Position numbers and translations under genes: made by a program. A DNA stretch of 64,000 bases from NCBI GenBank assembly GCA_964016885.1, contig OZ024756.1, positions 434,001 to 498,000 of the forward strand, in the 5' to 3' direction. This stretch comes from Eledone cirrhosa (Eukaryota). Positions 28,089 through 40,895 of the stretch are shown here, one piece after another (the first letter of the stretch is position 1; each line of letters starts with the position of its first letter). Under the pieces are notes generated by a model that worked only from the letters and a program-made list of their open reading frames with translations, had not been told where the DNA came from and made no database searches.

Positions 28089-30322
28089 ATCCTAAAATAA
28101 TTAATTTATCTAAAAGAGATCTTGACAATGATGAAATGCAAATTCTGTCAAAAGGACTGAAATTCACACCGACTCCAACAGTCAACCACCAAGAACTGAA
28201 GGAGGATACCCAAGAATTCTGTCGAAAATTACGTCTTGTAGAATTCTTCGCTGATAAAAATAATGAGAGTGATGAATCACTAGTAAAGAATAAATCAAAT
28301 TTCACTCCGCCAAAAGGAAGAAATATCTATCTCGACCAATACATTGACATCCTGTCTAAATTTCCTCTTAGACATAATACTAATGTTAGGCCAAACATTA
28401 ACAAATCAGAAATGTCTGCACTTAAACGTATACAAAATGATAAAACAATAATAATTAAACAAGCAGATAAAGGGGGTGCAGTAGTTATAATGGATACTGA
28501 ATACTACAAGGATTTGGTTGAGGAACAACTGAAAGACACAACATTCTATCATGAAATACCGTCAAATATAGACCACAACATCATGAAGAAGATCAACAAC
28601 CTGGCTTCAAAATACCACAACTCATTTACTGATAAGGAAAGAGACTACATCACCAATTTTGAGCCGAAACCCAGCAACCTGTATGGCCTACCGAAAGTTC
28701 ACAAGTCAAAAGAAATACAACTGGCAGTAAGAGAACAAAACAGTGAGTACATTAAATTATTACACCCAAAAGACTTAAAACTTAGACCTATTATAGCTGG
28801 TCCAACATGCCCCACTCACCGTCTAAGCAATTTTGTTGACATTATTTTGAAACCACTATGTATTCACATACCCAGTTTCATCCGGGATGATATCGACTTC
28901 CTGTCCCATCTTCCCAAAACCACGGAAACGAATTCACTTCTACTCAGTTTTGATGTGGTAAGCCTTTACACCAACATTACACATGATTTAGGAATAAAGG
29001 CGGTTAAATACTGGGTGGAAAAACATAGAGAAGTGATTCCCATTAGATTCACAGCGCCATTTATATTAGACGCAGTTAAACTTATTCTGGAAAATAACAC
29101 TTTCTTCTTCAATGGAAAGAATTACATCCAAATTAGAGGCACAGCGATGGGAACGAAGTTTGCTCCCGTTTACGCGAACTCTGTAATGGGATACTTAGAA
29201 CAACAACTCTACCAAGAAATAGAGGAAAAATATAGTACTGACTTTAGAAAGTACATTGAAAAATCTTGGAAGAGATACCTTGACGACTGTTTCATCATCT
29301 GGACAGAATCTCTAGATACTCTGGATGAGTTCAATATCCTCCTGAATAACCTACACCCATCTCTCCAATTCACAAAAGAGATGAGTAGGACCAAATTACC
29401 ATTCCTAGATATAATGATAATCAAAAACGACACCACCATTACCACGGATATATATTATAAACACACAGACACTCATCAATATCTGAATTTTAAGTCGTGC
29501 CATCCACCTCATACAAAACGCAACATCCCATACTGCCTAGCCAGAAGAATTTGTACCATTGTAGAAGATACGAATACCAGGTACAAACGCCTAACAGAAC
29601 TAAGAGAATTTTTGCTCAAACAAAAATACCCATCTCTACTTATAGAAAATGGCATACAGCGGGCTATAAAAATACCTATACAACAACTTAGAACAACCCA
29701 AAGAAGAAGAAACCAAGAACTGGTCATACCATTTATAATGACACACAACCCATGTCACCAGAATATCTTCAACACTGCCAAAGCAAACCTACCGATCATT
29801 GCTCAAAGTAATGAATTAAAAGGCTTAATCACAGATCGATCTTTGACTCTTAGTAAAAGACAGCCAAAAAATTTGAAGCAATTGCTAACAAAAGCAAAGT
29901 TTGACCTTAACAACAAAGACCAATCATTCACTGTATCTAAATGCAATGATAATCGATGCGGCACATGTCAATCCATACACGCCGGTCAATATATGAAAAC
30001 AAAAACTGGAAAAATATTCACAAATGCAAATATGAACTGCAAAAGCAGAAATCTAATTTACTGCATTAAATGCCCGAATTGTGAAGAACTATATGTCGGT
30101 CAAACTGGAAATGCACTATCGGAACGTGCACGGGTACACCGTCAACAAATCAGAGACCCAAATGTCCGTCAGATACCCCTAAGCGGCCACCTGGCAACAT
30201 GTGGTCAGGGAATATTTATAATATTCCCATTCTACAAATTACACAGCCCAAATGAAATCAAGAGAAAAATCAAAGAAAAGAATTTTATTGATAAATTCAA
30301 ACCCAAGCTAAATGAACAATAA
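27995..30322 (+). CDS. PLE ORF2: reverse transcriptase, Cys-rich linker and GIY-YIG endonuclease (first ATG at 28136; frame open from 27995)
   Basis: IINLSKRDLDNDEMQILSKGLKFTPTP, LYGLPKVHK, LRPII, SFDVVSLYTNI, GTAMGTKFAPVYAN, RYLDD, LPFLDI, YLNFKSCHP, CNDNRCGTC, NLIYCIKCPNCEELYVGQT. Confidence 0.95.
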   Translation, partial: TEKNSFFNVRTTKTGKRKTPGGNIPKTAVHVDPKIINLSKRDLDNDEMQILSKGLKFTPTPTVNHQELKEDTQEFCRKLRLVEFFADKNNESDESLVKNKSNFTPPKGRNIYLDQYIDILSKFPLRHNTNVRPNINKSEMSALKRIQNDKTIIIKQADKGGAVVIMDTEYYKDLVEEQLKDTTFYHEIPSNIDHNIMKKINNLASKYHNSFTDKERDYITNFEPKPSNLYGLPKVHKSKEIQLAVREQNSEYIKLLHPKDLKLRPIIAGPTCPTHRLSNFVDIILKPLCIHIPSFIRDDIDFLSHLPKTTETNSLLLSFDVVSLYTNITHDLGIKAVKYWVEKHREVIPIRFTAPFILDAVKLILENNTFFFNGKNYIQIRGTAMGTKFAPVYANSVMGYLEQQLYQEIEEKYSTDFRKYIEKSWKRYLDDCFIIWTESLDTLDEFNILLNNLHPSLQFTKEMSRTKLPFLDIMIIKNDTTITTDIYYKHTDTHQYLNFKSCHPPHTKRNIPYCLARRICTIVEDTNTRYKRLTELREFLLKQKYPSLLIENGIQRAIKIPIQQLRTTQRRRNQELVIPFIMTHNPCHQNIFNTAKANLPIIAQSNELKGLITDRSLTLSKRQPKNLKQLLTKAKFDLNNKDQSFTVSKCNDNRCGTCQSIHAGQYMKTKTGKIFTNANMNCKSRNLIYCIKCPNCEELYVGQTGNALSERARVHRQQIRDPNVRQIPLSGHLATCGQGIFIIFPFYKLHSPNEIKRKIKEKNFIDKFKPKLNEQ

Positions 30323-30858
30323 TAACGCCTAGGGGTATTACTTCTACTACCACTATGACCACGACCACTAACAACAACAACAACAACAATAATAATAATA
30401 ATAAAAGTGATGTTGATGGTGATGATTAATAGAAAATGCTATTTTCATCATTTCAAAAAAGCAAAACAATTGATACGTTGGATATGACTATTGGTCGTTA
30501 GCATGTTCAACCAGCCGTGACGCTTAAACCAATCAGCTGTAGTAATTCAGTGAAACTACACACTGATTGGTCGAAATACAGTTTACAGGGCTTTGCATTC
30601 TGGAGCCACTTTTCTCTGTATAAAATGTATAAAAGGTAGGAAATTTACCCATCTCATTACAGTTGAAAATTGCAAACTCGACTGTCACCACATATCATGA
30701 ACCTGAAGATTGCGAAAGCATGAAAGTACTTGTTCAATTAACACTTAGAATTTAATATTCTATCATACTATTTCATTATAATACCATTATATATATTTTA
30801 AAGGATTGTAAATAAAACGAGTAAATCAGACAAAGTTGGAATTCCTCTTATTAATATA
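30282..30858 (+). repeat. 3' pseudo-LTR of the PLE
   Basis: Direct repeat of 26080-26656. Confidence 0.95.
30698..30736 (+). ncRNA. Minimal type I hammerhead ribozyme in the 3' pseudo-LTR
   Basis: Identical to 26496-26534. Confidence 0.8.
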
Positions 30859-34112
<3,254 letters not shown>

Positions 34113-34118
<6 letters not shown>

Positions 34119-34163
34119 TGCCCCCTCGTTATCGAGTATGGCCATTGCACAAGAAAAAAAAAA

Positions 34164-34231
<68 letters not shown>

Positions 34232-34370
34232 CATACATACACATACACTCACACATATACACATACATTAATAACAATAATAATAATAATAGCAATAATA
34301 ATAATAACGATAACAACAATAATAATATACATATTCATATATATATACACACACACGCACGCACATAAGC

Positions 34371-34422
<52 letters not shown>

Positions 34423-36030
34423 TAGCAACTAACAGTGCTGCGATCGAATGTGGCTTTTTAGCCCAGCCAATGATCTAAAATGTTTTGCACAGAGTCGGCA
34501 ACCATAGTCGGCTGTGGTTGGAGTTCGTGTACTTTTGCACGTCGCTTGAGCCCTCCTGCTGATTTACATTCTCTACCACATGTGTGGCAAGCATGATGAG
34601 TAGCATCTCCAACAGCAGCCTGGTAGTCAACCACTGGTCTTACTTTATGACTGCGAAGATGACTTTCGAGTCCAGCTTTGCTTAGGCAGAGTCTCGCACA
34701 GACGCTGCATGTCAGAACCATAGGAGGACCCTCGCCGTCTGGAAGTGCAACAGCAATGCCCTTCCTCACGTCCCGCTTTACTTTCTCGTATGCGATTCGA
34801 GATGCCTCAAAAGCAACTTTTCCCTCATATACAGTCTTTCTCCATTTATTACGATCAGCAGCAATATTCTCCCATGTATCAGCAGAGATGTTAGCGTCTT
34901 TCAGAGAGGCTTTCAAGGAATCCTTATACCTCTTTTTTGGTTTATGTGGCGGTCGTTTTCCTTTAACCAACTCTCCATAGAAGAGTTGTTTTGGTATTCT
35001 AGAATCCTTCATCCTGGCAAGGTGACCACTCCAACGGAGTCGTTGCTTAAGCACAAGAGCTTCTATACTGTCACACATAGAGCTTTCCAAAATCTCGACA
35101 TCACTGATGTGGTCCCTCCAGTGAACGCCATGGATCCGTCTGAGACACATCTGATGGAAACGCTCCAATTGCTTAAGGTGGCGTCGATATGTGACCCAGG
35201 TCTCGCAGGCATAAAGAAGACAAGAGAGTACACATGCCCTGTACACCTTTACCTTTGTCCTCCTGCATATGTCTCGCCGACCCCAGAGTCGCCTTTCTAG
35301 CTTTCCGAAAGCACCACTTGCTTTCCTAATCCTAAGTGAGATTTCACCGTCAAGGTTGCCGTATCGATTGACAGTGCTTCCCAGGTAGACAAACTGATCA
35401 ACCACTCCAAGTCGTTTGCCATACACATAGATGTTTGGTTCAGTGTACTGCTTACTAGGGGCAGGTTGGTACATGACGACGGTTTTCTTGAGACTGACAG
35501 TCAAACCCAGGGCAGTGCAAGCGTCAGAAAATACATTCAAAATGTGCTGCATATCACTCTCTGTGTGCGCTACAAGATCGCAATCATCTGCATACAAGAG
35601 GTCTCTTATGACTGATGTAAATACTTTTGTCTTCGCAGCAAAGCGCCTGATGTTAAATATGCTGCCTGAGGTTCGATATCGGATGTAAACACCATGCTCG
35701 CAATTCCTGAATGCAATACAGAAAACCATTGCAAAGTATATGGCAAACAGGGTCGGTGCTGGAATATCCCCCTGTTTCACTCCATTTTTTACTGAGATAG
35801 GCTCCGACATTAACCCAAGCCTTCATGTCGTCATGGAAAGACCTAACTAAAGCAAGGAACTTATCAGGGCAACCAAGTTTCTGGAGAACCTTCCATAATG
35901 CATCTCTGTTGACAGTATCGAAAGCCTTTGTCAGATCGACAAAAACCTGATACAGATCCAAGCCCTGTTCAATGCACTTCTCCTGGAGCTGTCTAGCTGA
36001 GAAGATCATATCAGTAGTGCCGCGTCCAGC
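34113..36030 (-). pseudogene. 5'-truncated RTE-clade (BovB-like) LINE: RT and C-terminal C2H2 zinc fingers, one frameshift
   Basis: AGRGTTDMIF, FVDLTKAFDTV, GVKQGDIPAP, LLYADD, FVYLGS, LRWSGHLARM, CSVCARLCLSKAGLESHLRSH; 3' tail TGGCCATACTCGATAACGAGGGGGCAGCCATC at 34113-34145 lies beyond expanded microsatellites. Confidence 0.92.
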
Positions 36031-37050
36031 AACTCCGTGAACACAACCAACAGTTCACCTTAAAATGGGATATACTTTCCAGCGCAAGTGCATATCGGAG
36101 TGGATTGAAGTACTGCAGGTTATGTAACCTTGAGCTCTTTTACATATTAAAATCCAAAAACAAACTACTTAACGATAGAATTGAACGATCATTATACTGC
36201 AACCACAAACTAAAAGCTAAATTCTCTCACTATAAAATAACTTAACATTCGAACCCGTAACTATAACACCACTTTCTAGCTAACAATCTTCCCCCCCCCC
36301 CCCCCCACACTACAAGACAATACACTGCTTATCACTATACATGGTAACTCAGTGCAATTCCTAGATTACTACTACAAACCCAAAGTTCACTCACCACACA
36401 TACTTTGTCTGTCCTCTCTCTACCTATATCTCTCTCTACATCCATTACACTCTCTCTCTCTCACCTTTGACCTACCTCCCTCTCAACATCTATGAACCTG
36501 CCCTCTGGGGCAATAAATAATTCCGACCTTAACTATCAACGCATCTCTCCAAAAGTAACCAGTATAATAAAACCCCTACCATAACATTTTGATTAAGATA
36601 TCTACAAGCCACTCTCTCCTACTTCTCCAACCCCTGCATATCTTTCTTTCTCTCTCCCTCTTCCCTACTTTTCTCTCTTCCTTTTCTACTCTATCTTCCC
36701 CAACAACCCCACTTAAGGGTATTTACATTGTACATTTACCATTCTGCTCTGAGGAAACAGTGGTCACAGCATTGGATATTCGAGTTCTGCAAGTACTTGT
36801 GAATTTGCACGTAGCATAACTAGGCTGCAGTACCACCGTGGAAACACTTGTAAGCACACGGAATAAATTACCTTTTTATGATGTCTACCTGTTATTATTC
36901 ATTCTTTATATACACTCCGGAATACTGAAGGATCAGGAACTAAGTTTCTTGAACAATTCTTCCATAACTCGTAGAGTAACCTCTTACCGTACGTCAACCA
37001 TATCCAGTGTAGTAATTAACCATTACTACATCTTGGATAATCCTATACCT
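36031..37050 (+). mobile_element. 3' end of PLE family 3 (endonuclease C-terminus and pseudo-LTR)
   Basis: 36033-36245 translates LREHNQQFTLKWDILSSASAYRSGLKYCRLCNLELFYILKSKNKLLNDRIERSLYCNHKLK...*, resembling PLE GIY-YIG C-termini (W.I...Y...C.LC..E...LLN.R.E...C.H); hammerhead downstream; ends in (TA)n. Confidence 0.7.
36745..36856 (+). ncRNA. Type I hammerhead ribozyme with long stem II
   Basis: TGCT CTGAGGA [ACAGTGGT...ACCACCGT] GAA ACA-CT-TGT A AGCA. Confidence 0.7.
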
Positions 37051-37101
37051 AATATATATATATATATATGTATATATAAATATATATATATATATATGTA
37101 T

Positions 37102-37202
37102 ATAGGAACCAGTAAGACCCCGACGGCTGAGCTCAAGCCGTTTCGACGAATTAGCCGTCGAAACGGCTTGAGCTCAGCCGTCGGGGTCTTACTGGTTCCT
37201 AT
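37102..37202. repeat. Perfect 47-bp-arm hairpin (inverted PLE-like end)
   Basis: Arms 37102-37148 and 37156-37202, 7-nt loop AATTAGC. Confidence 0.92.
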
Positions 37203-37296
37203 TACCCACTCTACTACCCCAAGTATTGAGTACTTTGGTGCGTTATGGTCCACCTGGTTCCTTACCACATTTCCTTCGTTATATATGTATATATAA

Positions 37297-37329
<33 letters not shown>

Positions 37330-37484
37330 AATATATATATATTTCAGAAGATCCCGTTAAGGGTGAAAGCAGCGATTCTTTGCTTAAACTTTAATCTGTT
37401 ATTTTAATAAATATATATATATATATATTTCGTTTCTGAATTTGTTTAGCAAGATTCTTTATCTGAAATCGTGTGTTGAAACCG

Positions 37485-39053
37485 ATATTGTTATACTTTG
37501 GGAGGGTCATGTTGCCAATAAGAAACACACGCACCAGTTGCTTTCACTTCAATTTAATTTATTAAATATTTATAAATTTACAAATTTATAAATTTCTGGT
37601 TGGTTGGTTGGTTCCACAACCAGATAGTTGTTTATATATATATAGTCATAGTTCTTTCGTCACACACTCTGTGACCTCTTCAGTGACTGGGGATTTCTTT
37701 CTTCGTTTCTGTGCCTTTCCTTTCTTCTATCCTACGCCATTTTGTTTGTGTGTGGGTTGCGTGCTCAGTTTGCGCATGCGCCACATCCGGGTGTCTGTGT
37801 GTGTTTGTGTTCATTTTTCTATTTTTCTATTTATATTTTTTTTATTTGTTTGTTTATTTATTTATTTATTGTTGGTTGGTTGTTTGTTCTATGTGTGTGT
37901 GTGTTTTCATTTTGTGTGTGTTTTCAATTGTAAGTTGTTTGTTCGATGTGTGTGTGTGTTTTCATTTTGTCCTTAATTGTAAGTTGTGATGTTGCTGTTC
38001 CACTCATATTTTCTATTTAATTTTGGTTTTAATTCTTTTATGCTTACTGCCTCTGTAATTTGCCTAAACATTGCGTCTTTCTTGTGTGTGGATTCTATTT
38101 AGAAGGGCCCTAAAGAAACATAATCTCAATATTAAGATAGTAGAAAGACCTGGTACCTCCGTAAAAACACTTATTAGCAAGACATACCCGTTCCAAAGAC
38201 CCTCATGTATAGATAAGAAATGTATAACCTGTAAAATAAGCCCCCATATTAACTGTAAAACTAGAAATGTAGTATATAGCATAAGATGTACTGAAGGACA
38301 ATGTAGAAACAAAAATGTAGTGTACATAGGTGAGACAGCTCGTAGTATAGGGGAACGAATAAATGAACACTGGCGAGACCTCCAAGATAATAAAGAATCA
38401 TCTGTGCTCTACCAACATGCTAAGATAGAACACAGGGGTAAATTAGAGAGCATAGAAATAAAAATAGAATCCACACACAAGAAAGACGCAATGTTTAGGC
38501 AAATTACAGAGGCAGTAAGCATAAAAGAATTAAAACCAAAATTAAATAGAAAATATGAGTGGAACAGCAACATCACAACTTACAATTAAGGACAAAATGA
38601 AAACACACACACACATCGAACAAACAACTTACAATTGAAAACACACACAAAATGAAAACACACACACACATAGAACAAACAACCAACCAACAATAAATAA
38701 ATAAATAAACAAACAAATAAAAAAAATATAAATAGAAAAATAGAAAAATGAACACAAACACACACAGACACCCGGATGTGGCGCATGCGCAAACTGAGCA
38801 CGCAACCCACACACAAACAAAATGGCGTAGGATAGAAGAAAGGAAAGGCACAGAAACGAAGAAAGAAATCCCCAGTCACTGAAGAGGTCACAGAGTGTGT
38901 GACGAAAGAACTATGACTATATATATATAAACAACTATCTGGTTGTGGAACCAACCAACCAACCAGAAATTTATAAATATTTAATAAATTAAATTGAAGT
39001 GAAAGCAACTGGTGCGTGTGTTTCTTATTGGCAACATGACCCTCCCAAAGTAT

Positions 39054-39061
<8 letters not shown>
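37485..39061 (+). mobile_element. PLE family 2 copy: 5'-truncated GIY-YIG end preceded by an inverted copy of about 600 bp of its 3' end
   Basis: 38101-38589 encodes CIDKKCITC, NCKTRNVVYSIRC, YIGETARSIGERINEH, LNRKYEW; 37485-38100 is the reverse complement of 38462-39061. Confidence 0.92.
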
Positions 39062-39093
<32 letters not shown>

Positions 39094-39109
39094 ATATATA
39101 TATATATAC

Positions 39110-39141
<32 letters not shown>

Positions 39142-39300
39142 GTAATTTTATACATTTGACTTAATTATTTTACATTATTCCAGAGTAAACAAACCTGCGT
39201 ACTTCGCCGAGCGCTCCAATCTGCATACTGAGGTATCGGTAAACAACTCAATATATATATATATACATATACACATACACACACACACACACATACATAC

Positions 39301-39347
<47 letters not shown>

Positions 39348-39800
39348 TACATAGAAATTAACGAAGATCGCTGGTATTAACTCAACGAACTCCGGCTAAC
39401 GCCTAACTCACTCAATGAATCTGCCGAATTGCAGTAATGTAGCTGCAATCAGCTGTTTAAAGTGCACACATTTAGTTAGTAGCAGATATGGTGGCGGTGT
39501 TTTGGTAGAGAGAAATGTAAAATTCTCAACCCCTGGACGATATCCTTTCTGTGCAACATAACTTCACAAATGCAGATATTAAATCCTCAATGTTCAGAAA
39601 ATCACGTAACATCAACAGATATTTACGTAACACACTCATAAATACATATATACATACATACATACATACATACATAAAGTACCAGTAATGCACTGGGTAA
39701 TTGCTGGCCTTGTGCCTAAAGTAGAAACAATTATATATATATGCACTGGGTAATTGCTGGCCTTGTGCCAAACGTAGAAACAATTATATATATAATATAA

Positions 39801-39975
39801 CGGCGGTGTATTGGCAGTATCGGTAGAGGGTCGGACACCATGCTTTGACGCATAGAGTTACGGCCCTTGCCATTCTGAGTTAACTTTGCCTTTCATCCTT
39901 ACGGGGTCGATAAAATAAAGTACCAGTAATGTACTGGGATAATTGCTGGCCTTGTACCAAAAGTAGAAACAATTA
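39801..39975 (+). mobile_element. SINE family A copy, preceded by duplicated tail fragments at 39677-39790
   Basis: Matches family A. Confidence 0.8.
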
Positions 39976-39980
39976 TATAT

Positions 39981-40270
39981 ATATTAATTCAAAATATTAA
40001 TAAATGGAGACATTCACGTACTCAAAATATGTTTTATTATATATATTTCAGAGGTATTGTGGTGTTTTTCAGTACGTCCTCATCAGATAAAATATATAAA
40101 TTGATGTATAACATACCTCAACTGGACAGTTGAGTTATGTCATACATCAATTTATATATTTTATCTGATGAGGACGTACTGAAAAACACCACAATACCTC
40201 TGAAATATATATAATAAAACATATTTTGAGTACGTGAATGTCTCCATTTATTAATATTTTGAATTAATAT
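39981..40270. repeat. Near-perfect 290-bp palindrome with a hammerhead motif on each strand
   Basis: 144-bp arms, 2-nt centre at 40125-40126, two mismatches near the centre. Confidence 0.93.
40159..40219 (+). ncRNA. Type I hammerhead ribozyme motif (mirror copy on the minus strand at 40032-40092)
   Basis: TTTTAT CTGATGA ggacgta...tacctct GAA ATATATAT A ATAAAA. Confidence 0.7.
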
Positions 40271-40363
40271 TACTAACTCCAGAAAACCTTTAGCTGTTGA
40301 GTGCTTCTAATCTATTGTAAAACTATATTCATTGATTAATCAATGAACCTTGTTTAACTTTTG

Positions 40364-40410
<47 letters not shown>

Positions 40411-40850
40411 GCCACCATCACTATTACTAACTGAATTGAAAAGTTAAATTCACTTCATCGTTGTTCTACAATTTAGGCAGTCATTTGGCATTCAAGAGAA
40501 GAGGTTCCCGGAATTTACGTAAGACTTCACCACCACCACCTTCCTCTCTCTCTCCCTCTAGTATTAAGGTCAGTATAGCCTAACTGCACCAAAGATCAGT
40601 TATGAAACAGCAGCAACAGGAGTAACGAGGGAGAGGGGGGAGTGTGAATTTCTGTCGGCTGACAACTGAAGAATCAGTCAGAATATAACACAATTGGAAG
40701 ATGCTAACTAAAGCTAGCCAATTGTTACAACACTGACAATTCCTACATCCAATCTCTCACTCTCTCACCACTATATATATATACATATATACAGAGAGAG
40801 AGATACATACAAGCATACATAAATATACATATATATATGCTGACACACAT

Positions 40851-40895
<45 letters not shown>

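Larger units (their letters stand above)
26080..30858 (+). mobile_element. Apparently full-length Penelope-like retroelement (Neptune-like) with direct pseudo-LTRs
   Basis: Direct repeats 26080-26656 and 30282-30858 (offset 4202) include the ORF2 C-terminus; RT and GIY-YIG ORF; hammerheads in both repeats; flanked by (TA)n. Confidence 0.95.

Noticed and set aside
26739-30322. Selenocysteine read-through as in some Naiad PLEs
   Set aside because: No in-frame TGA interrupts either ORF; the ORF junction is a frame change, and the endonuclease is C-terminal
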